64,000 bases of DNA from Chanos chanos (lineage: Eukaryota): contig NC_044504.1 of assembly GCF_902362185.1 (NCBI RefSeq), forward strand, positions 33,156,702 through 33,220,701, given 5' to 3'. Numbering within the stretch: the first letter of the stretch is position 1; each line of letters begins with the position of its first letter. The notes under the pieces are model-generated. The model ran no database searches. It was given only the letters and a program-made list of their open reading frames with translations, and was not told the DNA's origin. A program made the position numbers and the translations under genes. Positions 44,992 to 58,802 of the stretch are shown here, in pieces.

Positions 44992-45919
44992 TATACAGTG
45001 GATGTCCCAGCAGATACATGAACTACAGGCATTGGCCATGACGCTGTTTTATGCAGATTTACTGGTCTACTACCACAAGGTCTTTTTGTCAGCCTGTAAG
45101 CAGAGAAATAAAACAGTCTGTCCTGCATGTTGCAATGTAGGATGCATGATCTCAAGGTTGAGCTGTTAAAATGAGATGGAAATGAGATCATAGATATTTA
45201 TAGTTATTCTAGGAAATCAAAGTACTTGGTCATCATGGAGATGTGTTGTTCAGATAGAGAGAAAACTGTTGTCTTGTTGTGCTTAGGCTACTGTGTATGT
45301 GAACATCCAGGTGATTATTTGAATTTACATCGTCTCATTTTTTCTCTCCCATAATCTACCGTTATACCCCTCTCCCTCTCCTCAAATTGTGAACTTGTAG
45401 TTTTTCTAAATAAAAACAAAATAAATGCGTTTTAAATAAACACCAAGTGACGTTTTGTACTCTACTTGGGATCATTAGTCTTTCAAACCAGCAGATGGGG
45501 ACACTAGGATTTGCACCGCGTAGTTAGCTTTGCTAGGGTTCGCTTAAATGCCTTTAAAAACAGGAGTTTTGCACATTAGGCCACGCCTGTGACCAGTGTG
45601 ATGATTGGTCTGAGTCTTGGGGTTTCGAATATCATGTGCAAGAATACACAAGAGATAACTGTAACACTTTAAAAGCTCTGAAGTGTGGTAAAGTAAAGTA
45701 GGCTATAAAAAGCATATGTTGTGCTGCACATATAGAAATAAAGAAGCTAGGCTGTAGAGTGGGCAACTGTTTTGAGCATTCAGTTGAGTTTAAGTCCCAC
45801 TTTTTTCCCAATTGAGTTTACTTTTCGGTGAACTCAAACTTTAGCATAACTTCATACTGCCAATACGCTGCCTTTGTTACTTCGTTATTTTAACATTTAG
45901 GTTGAAATATCCCAGTAGC

Positions 45920-46419
45920 ATGTCACATTGTAACGACAATCCGACACAAGAAGAAGAAAAGGGACCACAGAAACCAAAATCAGATGAAAGGTCCCCCCTG
46001 AATGATAACGGGTATGTCACCAACAACTCTAAAGCTATCTGTGGCGTTTGTAAGCGAATGTATAGAGACCCAAAAATTCTTCCTTGTCTTCATACGTTTT
46101 GTGCTGACTGCGTCCGACAACTTGAACCGTTCTCAGTTTTGGGAGTTAACGGTAAACCGCTCTCACGAGAAAATCCGGCGCTTTTACGCGACCAAGCAGC
46201 AGTAACGGTTTTATGTCCCGAATGTGACTCCGAAGTGGACCTTCCGTCATCGGGGGTGGATGGGTTGACCACAGACCACCTTGCTCTTGACGAGGTCTTT
46301 ATGGAAACGCTTTTGATCGAAAACAGCGTAGTATGTGACCTGTGCGCCGATAGCGATGCTGAGAAACGTTGTGCGGTGTGTTCCGTGAATCTTTGCGAGT
46401 TCTGCAGCAAAGCCCACAG
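45920..46419 (+). CDS. trim45: TRIM45 exon 1 (RING plus B-box 1)
   Basis: MSHCNDNPTQEEEKGPQKPKSDERSPLNDNGYVTNNSKAICGVCKRMYRDPKILPCLHTFCADCVRQLEPFSVLGV...LCPECDSEVDLPSSGVDGLTTDHLALDEV...VCDLCADSDAEKRCAVCSVNLCEFCSKAH|gttagt. Aligns with human TRIM45 CPLCLGLFKAPRLLPCLHTVCTTCLEQLEPFSVV...ILCPVCDAQVDLPMGGVKALTIDHLAVNDV...VCDLCNDREVEKRCQTCKANLCHFCCQAHR. Confidence 0.9.
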
Positions 46420-46614
46420 GTTAGTGGCTGTACAGTTTGATTTTTCGTACTCTATTCCAAACTTCTTACTTGGCCTGATTGCATTTTCATAGTAATTGTT
46501 AGTTATCACTAGCGTTTTTTACAAATTCAAAATTTTTGTTTGAGGATATTTAATAGTCTGATACTATGAGCTCCAATCTAGGAGTGTCATAATTTGTAAT
46601 GATTGGTTCTGCAG

Positions 46615-47366
46615 GAGACAGAAGAAGACAGCTGCTCATTCCATTCAAAACCTGGAAGAGCTGAAGTCTCAGGGTCATCTCTCCAGACCTGTCATGTGCT
46701 CTCTGCACCCAGGCCAGGAACTACGTCTTTTCTGTGACCCTTGTGATATCACTGTCTGCATCGAGTGTGCCTCCACTTTTCACAGAGACCATAAGTGCAC
46801 CCCTACTCAGGACGTCATCAATCGCCATGGAGACAATATCCGAGAGCTTGTCACCGGAAGCCTTCGGCCACGGCTCGAGCGCCTGGAGGAGTCCTTGCGT
46901 CGGGTAGAAGTTTCTCAGGAGGCTTTGCACACGAAGGCTGAGACGCTGGCAAAAGAGATAAGAACGTTCGCAAGAAGCTACGCCATTGCGGTAGAAACCC
47001 ACTGCTGTTCCCTGCTACGCACACTGGAGGACATGAGGCTACAACGAAGGAACCAGCTCCATCTGCAGAAGGCACAGCTGCAACAGGCGTTGTGTGACGC
47101 ACGGGGCGCGGTGGAGTTTGCTGAACGTTTGCTCACGTGTGGGTCAGATGTGGAGATTCTCAGCACCAAGGGGGTCACCATGAGGAGGCTGGTAAACCTG
47201 GTGGAGTCTGGATATGACCCCCACCCAGCAACCGTCGCCCAGGACAGTGGGAGCAGCATTTGCTTCCTGCCTCTGGAGATCGCAGGACAGGTGGACGGAT
47301 ACCCTGTGGTAGGAGTCTTACATGACAAAACTGTGGACCCCGGCAAGTGCACCATCCAGGGAGAAG
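46615..47366 (+). CDS. trim45: TRIM45 exon 2 (B-box 2, coiled coil, start of filamin repeat)
   Basis: ttctgcag|RRQKKTAAHSIQNLEELKSQGHLSRPVMCSLHPGQELRLFCDPCDITVCIECASTFHRDHKCTPTQDVINRHGDNIRELV...LQKAQLQQALCDARGAVEFAERLLTCGSDVEILSTKGV...DPGKCTIQGE(G)|gtgagg. Aligns with human RRQKKTTYHTMVDLKDLKGYSRIGKPILCPVHPAEELRLFCEFCDRPVCQDCVVGEHREH...LQKAQLEQLLADMRTGVEFTEHLLTSGSDLEIL...DPAKCVLQGED. Confidence 0.9.
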
Positions 47367-48575
47367 GTGAGGAGTGGCACTCCATGAAAGGCATATCAAT
47401 TACACACTTAGTTCTCAGACCGATACTCCACCAGCCGTGGCAGTCCAATAACGTTGTGCTTAAGGTTAATGTCTTCATATACAGACATATCATAGGCAGT
47501 CTATACTGTAAACTGTATGAGCCTCCAGTACATGATAATTAGAAACACTGATACTATCACATTTTTTATCACATTTTTATCACTCTGGTATTGTTTTAGT
47601 CAGAGCGCTGTGGAAAAAGTACCCGCATAGCTGTCTTGGTCTAGGTCACGTCCTGAAACTTTGCCAAATAACTGTTTTCCTATGTAAACACAAATACACG
47701 CACACGTTACATAAACACAAAGCAAACCTCTTTGCATGGATGGATTACAAGTAGGTGACATGAGTAAGGGCTGCATCACAGACCAGGACTCGCGAACCAG
47801 GGTTTTTGAGCTGACTCTGTGTGTAAATAAAGCTGGCGTTTTTTGTTTTGTTTTAAACCTGGATATATCCTTTGTTCTTATTACAGAATCTGAATATTAC
47901 TGCATGTGCATGCTTTTTTTTCTCTTGCCTGGTGATATTATGGTGTCTCAAACAAAGTTCGATGAAAGACGTATGAATCAGTCCGTAAGGTGACGAGAAA
48001 TATTCTTCCCTCCAAATGTCCTTCCTGCTTGTATCAGCAGTCATGTTTGTTGGTGTATCACTGTGTGTTGTAAGGTTGTCATCATTATTCAGATGTGATG
48101 CAAATTGGATGTTTAGTGCCAAAGAGATGGTGAGCATGTGAAAGCCTACATTTGCTGCCTCACCATGTGGAGCAGCTGAAGCTGTAAAAACCCAGTGTTT
48201 CTCAACAACAGCTGGTGCAGTCATGGAAGACAGATCCCCAGTTCCTAGTGGCGGGTCAGTCACAGGCTCTGTGATTAGAGGATAGCTCAGCTTCAGTTCA
48301 GTACATTCATGGAGATATCAGATGTGGAGAAACTCTTGTCTTGCAAATATAATGTTCTATACACGACTCTCCATTTCGGTTCCTCAACAGCCTAATCAGT
48401 GTTTAAAAAAAAAAAAAAAAAAAAGTACACCTTCAGTTTACTTTTTCGCAGAGGGAATTAAGCATGACCGGACATCCACTGGTTACGTGCTTACCGCAGC
48501 ATTTTTAAAACTGTCCTGTGTCAGCACACAAGTCCTTCCATCTGTTTGATCTCTGATGGTCTAACACCCCGTCAG

Positions 48576-48705
48576 GTGTTCAGCAGGGTCGTGAGGGCCA
48601 GCGGGGGAAGTTCACGCTCGTCTGCAGGGACTCGGCAGGGGAGCAGATGAGCAAAGGAGGAGATGCAGTTTTGGTCAGCATAGTGCACAAGGAGAAGAAA
48701 GACTG
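48576..48705 (+). CDS. trim45: TRIM45 exon 3 (filamin-type Ig repeat)
   Basis: cccgtcag|VQQGREGQRGKFTLVCRDSAGEQMSKGGDAVLVSIVHKEKKD(C)|gtgagt. Aligns with human LHRAREKQTASFTLLCKDAAGEIMGRGGDNVQVAVVPKDKKDS. Confidence 0.9.
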
Positions 48706-49455
48706 GTGAGTACATCAGTGTATCGTCTCAGGTTGGATTACGGTCAGTGGATTCCACTTACTAAGAGCGTTTTATAAATATGAATGTATACATCGACTGG
48801 TTTTCTGAGAACATGTATAGGGGCATGTACTTAACAGACCATTGTACTGTTTCCTTATATGAGTCACTGGTATGGTATGGCTGAGGGTGATCTATAGTGC
48901 CATTTCATTGTACAGCACTGAAATGTTGCAGTTACATACACACACACACACACACACACAGTAAACAAGCCTGGGGTAGTGGAATGCAGGGATAACTAGT
49001 AGGTGACATTCCAGGTCTGTGGATCAGCTTTTGAAGTGGTGGCTGTTGCCTTTGTGTGAAAAGAGGAATTTAGTTCTCGACCCAGCCAGCCCTGTCCCAG
49101 CATGCCTAGCGGAAGGTCTGACACACGCAGTTCAACCTTTGACTCCTGATGGAAACCTGAAAGAAGAATGTCACACATTAACACGAGGAAATGATCATGG
49201 CCTCTGTGATTGAAAGAATCTAAACCACTTCCACACTGATGAATACAGCCTTCAGCCAATAGAGAGCAACCCACAGCATCCAGTTCTCACAATCGTAATT
49301 ATATATTTTTCTGCATCTGTTACCATGTGTATTACATATTTTTTCAGGACTTTTTGCCCTTAACTTGTGGCTACTTGCTCTCACTCTTGATAAGATCCTG
49401 ATGGTTTGGGTGAGTCATTCTGATGGTAATGTTTTGTCTTAATTTCTTCTGGTAG

Positions 49456-49570
49456 CACATTGGAGGCATCTGTGGTGGACAACAACGATGGTTCGTATAG
49501 TGTTTCTTACACACCTGTGGAACCGGGCCCTTACTCCGTGTGGGTGTGTGTGAAAGCCCAGCATGTTAAG
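49456..49570 (+). CDS. trim45: TRIM45 exon 4 (filamin repeat)
   Basis: ctggtag|(C)TLEASVVDNNDGSYSVSYTPVEPGPYSVWVCVKAQHVK|gtaaat. Aligns with human VRTMVQDNKDGTYYISYTPKEPGVYTVWVCIKEQHVQ. Confidence 0.9.
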
Positions 49571-50271
49571 GTAAATGCACACTTTCAAGGCTGTCAGAAT
49601 TGTTGTCAGGATTTTCTCTTTTACATATGAACTTACCTTACTTCATTCAGTGGGTCACCTTGCCTTGATTCAGTATCATTAAATACTTTTCTTATGTATA
49701 GGTGCAGTGGTGCTGCTTTGTCATTGATATTCTCTTGCCAAGTTTCTGGTGCATGAAAGCATGCTCTTTTTCCATAAGTCTAGTTCAAATGGAACACATT
49801 CTCTGCAGTCTGTGACTTCAGAGGGCTTGTACTTATCTGGTCATTTATGTTACGTTTTAAGGAAGCCAGATGAAAGCAAAGTAGATAGGAGTTTGGGAAT
49901 AAGGTATTAGCAAATTATCGTAACTCAGTAGATGTCAAGAGCCAAACTGAGACTCTTAGATTATTTGCAAAGGTTTATATTAGTATCTGGTGAACGATAA
50001 TTTTATGATGTCGTGACCGATGCTATTTCAGTTCTGAAGCAATTAGATTACGTTATTGTCAGTGTTACAGTTGGCAGGCCAGCACTGACTATACTGTGGA
50101 AATTACTGTAATTATCTATAATGACTGCACTGTTAGTACACTGCTTTTGTTTTGATAACAGAACAGAATAATGTTTGTGTGTTGTGTGCACTGTTGTAAT
50201 TTTTAGGCATTTGGAAGTGGAAACTTGAGGAGGGTAGACTCGATTATAATTGTTCATTTGCATGCTTGTAG

Positions 50272-50398
50272 GGTTCACCATTTGTGTTGGCCGTGAAGAG
50301 AAAGTTCCGGAGACACCGTGGCACATTCCACTGCTGCTCTTTCTGCTCCAGCGGAGGTGCTAAAGAGGCCCGATGTGCCTGTCCAGGGACAATGCCAG
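50272..50398 (+). CDS. trim45: TRIM45 exon 5
   Basis: gcttgtag|GSPFVLAVKRKFRRHRGTFHCCSFCSSGGAKEARCACPGTMP(G)|gtaaaa. Aligns with human GSPFTVMVRRKHRPHSGVFHCCTFCSSGGQKTARCACGGTMPG. Confidence 0.9.
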
Positions 50399-50849
50399 GT
50401 AAAAATGTCCACTGCAGTAACTCTGTAAAAGATTCTCTGGAGGTTTACTCACTATAGTGAAGATTTGTGCTTGGTAAAGATGAGCTAGACTAAAAATGTA
50501 TTATTTAGAGTCAGTCGTGTGGCTCCATAAGTTATTTCCCACAGAGCTTAAATGCTCTGTATCATTTTAAATGGAAAAAAATAATGAGATGCTTGTATTG
50601 CTAGTCTGTTAGAAAGTGGGAAAACTACATTTGCATGCAAGAAGAGTCACAGCCTACCTTATTTGTTCATGCTGTGTTACATCATCAGGTGAAAAGGTTT
50701 CCCTAATGTAGGAATGTTTGCTGATTATGGAATGTCACCTGGATCCTACGCCAGTGGAAGATTTTTTTTTTTTTTTCATTCTTAAAATGTGCTTTTATGA
50801 GAAAAATAATAGGCATATCTGTTTGTGTTTATGTGTTCTGTGTCATTAG

Positions 50850-51001
50850 GGGGGTTCCAGGGCTGTGGGCATGGCCATAAAGGACACCCTGGGAAGCCAC
50901 ACTGGTCCTGCTGTGGAAGTGTTGTGGAGAAGTCTGAGTGTCTTTCACAGAGGGTGGGGCCAGACTCCCCCCGTGGATGCCTCCGCACTGTGGAACTCTG
51001 A
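50850..51001 (+). CDS. trim45: TRIM45 exon 6 (terminal; stop TGA 50999-51001)
   Basis: gtcattag|GGFQGCGHGHKGHPGKPHWSCCGSVVEKSECLSQRVGPDSPRGCLRTVEL*. Aligns with human GGYLGCGHGHKGHPGHPHWSCCGKFNEKSECTWTGGQSAPRSLLRTVAL*. Summed CDS is 1,776 nt (591 aa). Confidence 0.9.
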
Positions 51002-54000
51002 GAGCTCCGTGGGATACGTCTACCTGTATCTGGAGTTTTATAAGTTAGAGCACAGAGAATAATGACATTCAGTGGTTTTGAAAACACATCTTTTGAATCA
51101 TCGCAATAAGCTATGGTAGAATTTCGAGGATTCCATTTTATATTTATGGATTACTGTAGTGCTCTAGTTAGAAGACCTGTCACAGATAATCAATTGAAAC
51201 CCATCGGTTGTTGCAGTGTTAACTTTCCAACTCTTTTTGCTGTTCATATCAAAGTCTCGGTCCGAGGGTGTTTTCACACGTGGTTCTCTCGAAAGTAATT
51301 CGGTCCCCGTTTAAACAACCTACGAGGTGAAAATAGAAGAGAAACACTTAATTTGCTTTGTGCTCACATTGCCATCTCATTTGTGGGTTTCACTTCAGCT
51401 GTATCTCAGTTTCAATTCGCATTGCCATATTTATATTCAACTGAAAAGTTTTGATTCGATTAAAAAAATGTTTAAAGTGATTTGGAGCAAATTTAAAATA
51501 CGCCAAACTCAATTCTCTTTTCTTTTCATGGCAAGATGGTCTGAGTTTGGTTTACTTCAGAAACCTCTGAGTTTATTTAAAGCATTCACATGAGTGAGAG
51601 CATTCTGGTGAACTAGTTTTGAGTTTGAAAAAAAAAAAAAAATTTACCTGAAACACAGCAAGTGTAAAAACACTTTATGACACCTACAAGAAGCCCTAAG
51701 AGTACTCTTTGTGGAAGTTTGATTTCACTTTTTAATGTACTTCGAGCAAGCAAGCAGTTAGCTAGCTCTTCTGTGTTCAAATACATTTAGTCCAGTAAAC
51801 TGCTTATGTCTGCACCGTACCAAAGCACACTATTAGGGAATAGGAGAGGTTTATGTAGATTCAGTGTTTGCTGCAGCAGACAGAGAGAGAGAGAGTAGAT
51901 CTATATTTAGAAGTGTTCATTGACAATCAGAAGTGACTTATTGATATCTTTGTGCTGTACTTTATGAATAATGGGGCTTATTCACTGACATTATTATTAT
52001 TATTATTCTTATAAAGCCTTAATGATTCTATAGGTCTAACAGATCTAAGTTCTGACAGTGGTGCTATAGAAATGGAAAATGATGTGCCTGTGAAAGAATC
52101 TGGGTCTCTGTTACCCTGAGCTAGTCCTTTTTAAAATATGAGGATGTAGTCTAATGTTTTGTGATTGTGTTAAACTCTGTGGATAACTATGTAACACACT
52201 ACAGCATTTTTTATGACTGGTTATTATAATCACATACTGTCAATTATCTCTGTCTTTTAGCCTTTGGATTGCTGTGTTCTCAAAATGTGTAATCATGACA
52301 CTTGTGACAATCTTCATTGCACATCATATGAAAGACACTATAGCAATAAATAATGGAGAATTTTAGTGCCATATATAGTAGCTACTTCCTGTGCATGTTC
52401 CCCTGTCTTAATACCAAAGAATTTCTTTAACCACAACAATGTCTTTTGTCTTTTGTTTTGCTTGACAGTGACTAGTAGTTTTCTAGAATTACACTGGAAA
52501 TGTTTGTTTACCTTGTTTGTTCTTTTAGTACAGCTGTTCCACTATATCACCTTGTTCAGTCTTGCATGGGTGTCTTGCGATGTCTGTTGACTGAACAGCC
52601 CTGAGGTTATATAACCTGGGCTGAAACCAAATGTGCTGTTTGTTCAGGCTTAGTTAGTGTGTGATGAACTGGGTGTATCATGAAAGAGCTTAGACTCTTA
52701 AATACTTTCACACACACACAAAAAAAAACCCCTCACCATAACTGTGATCATCATAGTTCAGTTATAACATAAAAATGTTAATTTACTCAAAAGTATACTG
52801 GGCATATTCTTAACACTTGACCCTAAGTTTTTCATTTTAGCTTTACACCCTGATAAATATCATACACTTGGGAAAGATATTGCTGCCTTGGATCTTTGTT
52901 CACTGTTTTCAGAAAGAGTTATCTTACTCTCTTGGAAGAAGACCAGTAAAGCAAAGTTCATCAATTGGATTATAGAATTGTCCATAACTTTCCCTCTGAA
53001 AAAGATTGCTTACATTATTAAAGGTAAACAGTCACTCTTTGAAAACATGTGGGGTCCTCTTATACAATATATGGAGAATGTGGCGGGCGAGGTAGAAATG
53101 TACGTGGTCCTCTGCAGTTGCTTGAACGAACTCGTTTTCATACTTGATTGTTCTGTTCCGTGTGAACTGTGTCTTTGAGCTTGATCATGACGTACGAATA
53201 ATGAAAGGAAGACATGAATATATAAGTAGGAGAACCCATGTGAAAAGCAGAGAAACTCATTTGATTTTTATTTATTTTAATTATTTTAATTTAGTTTACT
53301 AGTATTTTATTAACCTCTTTATTTAGTTATATATGTTTTCATTTTTGTTATGGTTCTTTGCATCCTGTTATTATCCTCCAAATATCTGACATGGAAGGCC
53401 TAAGTTTAATGTTGGACAATAATTTATTTACATTGTGATATCTCTCTTGCTGGATGAGAACTCATTTGTTTCTTTGTTGTTGGAAATAAGTATTTAAACG
53501 TATTAATAAATGTATTGCTGGAAAAAATGTTCATTTATATGATCAGCTGCTACATAAAACATCGTGGTTCGGGCAAAGTGGCATTACGGATGTGTTTCAG
53601 TGAATGTTGTATCCTTGTTACTTTAGCGGTATCTTGTTTTATAGTTATTTTACCCATACAGCTTTGATTTTACTGTAAGATTATTTTAATAATGCAAGAA
53701 ATGCTTCCACTGTGCCTGAATCTTTGCTCAAATTCGTTCCCTAAGTTTGTGGTGTTCCTCATCTGACACTAGGTGGCAGTAATGAGCTTTGAAAGTGCAA
53801 AGTGGCGATTTCAGAAATGGGCTGTATCTGCAAAGAAGAGTAGTGTCCATACATCCTCTTATTGATCTGCACTGAGGACAATGAACAGATTTAGTGTTTT
53901 AAAGAGAACGCACTAATCCTTTAGGATTAAGGATACAGCCTCATAATGAAAATCTGTAAGTACAACACGTCACTGGAAAGGATATTGTCCGAATGGCTGT

Positions 54001-54552
54001 TTGGCTTAGCTAAAAACATTTCTTCAAAAGCCAAAAGCAAAGCAGACATATTAATAACATGCATGTTGTTTGGCATTAGGAGTGATGTGTGACCAAATGA
54101 CATCATTTCTGGTGAGCACATCTGTTTCTTTCCACGCCAAACAGATCATTATGTCCTTGCATCTGTTTTTCAGAGCTCTTTCATTTCCCTCTCTGTACAG
54201 GAGTATAGTGCTTTCCCAGGGTCCATCAGCTCTACCCACACACTTCGAATTCCATAATAAGAACTGATGATATTCCCATCGTCTGTGGTGGTATAATGAA
54301 ACACACTCTACGAGGGGTCATTGACTCTAAAAACATGTATCGTTGCTGTTGAATGTCCCTTACCCCTCTACCCCGTTGCCCTTCGTCACTGACTGCCATG
54401 TCTCTGTTTCATAATATTGCTTTTTTTAATCCCTTGCCTTTATTTTAAACATTTCCCTCTTCACAACCGATCAGCACATTTTTTTAAAATCATTTTCCCA
54501 TGATAGAACCTTGTTCTTGGTTTAAGCCTTTCTCAGTTAAGCTAATGTGTGT

Positions 54553-54557
54553 GTCTC

Positions 54558-54592
<35 letters not shown>
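54553..54592. repeat. (TC)n dinucleotide microsatellite
   Basis: tctctctctctctcgctctctctctctctctctctctc. Confidence 0.9.
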
Positions 54593-54595
<3 letters not shown>

Positions 54596-57500
54596 CCTTT
54601 CTCCCTTTCTCATCTCTTTTGATTTATCTCCTAGTATCTATCTTTCTACCCCAACCTATTCTTGTAATGTATCTCCTTGTATCAAACTCCTTGTCTCCTC
54701 TCTCGGTGCGTTGAGTTGTGATCGCTGCTGCTTCTGTTATCTCCCATCTGCCTTGTGCAAGGTGAGTGCACTTACTCATGTCAAACAAATCGTCTCACTC
54801 CTGCAAACAGCAATGTTGTGACACTGCCTGACAGCCCTTTCTGAGAGGTTCTCTATCTTTTTAGTTCTTATGATGTGTTGCTACTTTCCCAAACATTGCC
54901 AGGTTATTTAAAAAAAAAAAAAGAAGCTTCACTCCTATGCTGCATGATGCAAAGAACTGTGAATTAGACACAGGTTTCAATAATTCAGATATGTTAGAAT
55001 GTTTTAGCTCTTTGTGTATAATTCATTCTTAAAAGGACTATGATTTCCAGGACAACTCACATTGTGTGATATGATCAGTCCTTTTTTTGACCAGTTTAAA
55101 TTTAATAAGGAGGGATTCAAATGAAAAGTTTATTTCCTTATGCCTTGTAATGTATGAATGTTTAATGCTGGTGTCTCTTTGACCTTGCTAATGCAAAACC
55201 ATGATAGGTAGTGTAGATCAACAGATGTAAGGTCAGGTACTTTTAATGCTATTTGGCAATTCTGTCTCATAACAAATGTACATCTTAAAGTGATCTGTCT
55301 GCAGTGGTTCTGCGTTTCACCTCTTGTCAGTGTATGCGACATAAATGGAGACAGAATGGGTCACTCTGAATGCTGTGTAATGTGATTAGGAACTAAAACC
55401 AGGCCATAGACCACCACACTAATACAGTTAAACTCCTCTAAATGGAGTCTGTGTCGCACAACAAACTGATTACCTTTACCTCACCACAACGAACCGTGCC
55501 GATTTTAAACACTAATTATGATTCAAGTCGGTGTTCGACCAGTAGCATGGCAGCACAATGCTCATCAGTGATCTCGCTGGCAAGAACAAGATGGCCCAAT
55601 TAATTGTGAGTTTCACATTTTCAGGTGTAACTCAGTCAGTCAGTTTTGTTGCTGACAGCTCACTGGCTCTTGAGACACAAACTGACTACAAAACACTTGC
55701 TGGATCAGTTCCAACAAATAGCTTGAAATGCAGTCATTGTTCTGAATCATTCCCCGCCCGCTACCTCCTCTGGTCTGTCCTATAAGGTCCTTGTCATGCT
55801 CCATGCCAGTATGTCATGCTACGTTCCACACTTTCTATTTGTGAACTCTCGCCTTGGCATCATGGGAGAGAGCGCTGCAATGCCTGATTAACTGGAACAT
55901 TGGATACAGTGCCACCAACAGTTATTGGTGGCGGAACATTCAGTTGACAGACGTCTACCTGACTCTGAGCCAATCAGCTCGCCCTTGACTTTGACTGCCT
56001 GCATAACCCGGTGGTAAAATGACATCATGTTCCTGAACTCCAACTCATTCTTAACCACAGACAAATGCTAGCCCATTCAATTCACGGCACCAAGGTCTCC
56101 TCTACCCCTGCCTTATTCCATTCTCTTTCATCATGTAATCCTTCTTTCCTTGTTTTTCCCCCTTATGCTCATGAATATGGATTGCGTTCTTAGTCTTGTC
56201 CTTTTGACCATATAAAGTAAATGGTCATTCGACTAATCTGTGATCAGTGATCTATCTATCCATTATGCTAAATTTAAGAATAACAAAACTAAGTAAAATT
56301 ACTAAGTCTTAATGGGGTCTGAAATGTGGGATGTCTTTTCATCTTTCCTTTTTTTTTTCCAGAGGGGAAGTGTGTCAAGTCCCATGGCTGTTCTTTTGCT
56401 CAGCATGACTCACACATGATCTGTTTCCAAGAGCAGACCACATAGTGATAATGAAACAGTGGCTGCATGCCACAGCACAGCCACTAATTCATTCTCTGAA
56501 GATTTGTCCTGTAAATCAGTGGTGTAGGGTAGAGAAGAACAGACGCCAGTGCCAATGGCAGCTCAAGGACCTTACATTAGACAGTGCTACGTAGCCGATT
56601 CCGTGACCTCGCGGCTCAACAGAACGTGACCACGTCCTTTGACGGATCTTTTCAACTCCTACATAAACTGTAGAGAATTATTTGCGTACAGTACCTGGTT
56701 GTATGGTTGACAACAATCATACATCTAACCATTACATGTTTGTTTATTTATTTGAATGATTCATTCAATTAATTATATTTGATATGGCATACTATGTCTT
56801 ATAAGTCTGTGCTACTCGCTTAAGGTCAGTTAAAAATCTTAATGGGTGTCTTATGATATCGGTTGGAATTTTCTGTTCAATTTCACTTCTTAGTCTTATG
56901 TACAGTTATATGCACTCGGGTAATATTGTGAGTAGGAGCCTGTCATTAAACTCTCTTTGCCCCTATTAACACCCCTTAATTATTTAATTGGAATTGATAT
57001 CTGAATGTTCGTTGTAGCGGTGAAATTTGTCATACGTCTCAGTTACGTTCACTGTGACAAATTACAACGGTTCCATTAATGTGCACTGTAATTTACGTTG
57101 CAAATTAATGCTCGGAATTGGTGGACAATCCCTAGATTTACCAAGCGGCAGTTGATGGGATGTTGGAGGACCGAGGGGAGGAGTAGTTGTTGCAGTAACA
57201 TCCTGGAGATAGGCGGTTGGCGGCGCACATACTAAAATAAAGGAGGTGAAAAGCAAAGAAGAATCGGTGTTCATTCACAGACTCAAAGATATGGAAATAA
57301 TATCGAAAACCTCTTTCTTGAAAAAGTGATTCTGGCTTCCTGTCTCATGCTGCCGATTTATCCCGAGGCACCAGTGAGGTGTTGCAGTAGCAGCGGCGGC
57401 GAGGTAGAGGAACGGTTCGCTACAGCTAGCTAGATGCCTATACAGAGGAAGGCGCAGTCTCTTGCAGTACAGGCCAACTACATTTTTATTTGAAGCAACC

Positions 57501-58802
57501 TTTTCATAAAGGTTACCTTTTTACTGTGCAGTTGTACGACACTACTCGTTCATTCTCTTAAAAAGACTGGATAGTCAGTGTGAAGGGTTATCTTGCTTTT
57601 CTTCTGTGGATGCAGCGACGCAGGCCCGTTTCAGAAACGCTGTTAGCAAGCTAATACAATCAGAAAACAGTATTCACACCAATGCAGGTCCGAAAACGAA
57701 ATGAGACGGAAGCTTTAATATTTCATTAAAAAATATTTGGGCAGTCTCGCCGTGTTGACATGAGAGTCTGACGAATTGGCATATCTGTCTCAAGACTGCA
57801 ATTTTGTTTACATTTTGTTCGCAATATTATTGTCCTGAGATTTGGACAGATTTTCTCCACAGCTGACAGGAGTACAGTCTTCTTACACAGAAATATTTCT
57901 TCAAAGTCCTTACGTGATTAGCTTGCAGACTACAAACGGGATATGTTCACGACTGAAGACCGTGGATCAGAATGACTGAAAGACTATCTAAGTAAGTGGA
58001 TGCAATCGTTTTCCGTTGATAGTATTTGCCGTTCTGTTTCCTGTTCTATGTAAGGACCTTATGTGTTCGCCGACTGTCAACTTCATAAAAACCTGAGGGA
58101 TATTGAGGATAATGTAGCAGTTTCAAACCGTATAGCTTTGGTAAATTATTGTAATTCAGAAGCACTGACAGCTGTCAGAAATCGAAAAGATATATGGCGT
58201 CAAATTTAAGGACTGCAGAAATTATTTTGCAGAGTGGTTTTGTACTGTTACCACTGAAAGAGATGGCAGTCTCGTGACGGTGACGTGATGAGTCGTGTAT
58301 TATCGAATGCTTACAAGTGCTCTGGGGGGAATCATTCGTAGTGTCGAAATGTAGACCTATCCCCCACACCTCGAGCGTCAATACAGAAATGGATGTATTC
58401 ATTTATTTATTTTTTATTTTTTGCGATATTGCATTTTTTGTATAGCTATTGTCCTGGGAAGATGCAGTACACCCAATATAGACAGACTTACTTTCTCCCG
58501 TGAGAAAGTACCACTTGGTCGGCTATTTTTCTATAGTAGTGAGGATTGAAATTGCTATGGTAACCGCAGCTCATTGTCAGATTGCTAAATGTCCACTCCT
58601 TCAATATTACAGATGACAACATCTAATTGTTTTCATAATTTTTCAGATCAGAGGTGCCCGTGGTCCAGATGCTCCTTCTGCCCATTAAAATCACCATGGT
58701 TTGACAGTTAATCATATGGTTGCTGCAATGAGATAATAGAGCTGCCTGTTCAAGACAACCTTGACGCTTGTCCATCCACACACTCTCTTACAATAGACGA
58801 AC

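Noticed and set aside
46090-47493. Minus-strand ORFs 46090-46509, 46721-47002, 46851-47102, 46978-47493, 47175-47399
   Set aside because: Antisense to TRIM45 exons 1-2. GC-rich coding sequence commonly yields open antisense frames.
52888-53178. 96-aa ORF between TRIM45 and MAN1A2
   Set aside because: No homology or exon signals. It lies in the probable TRIM45 3'UTR or intergenic region.
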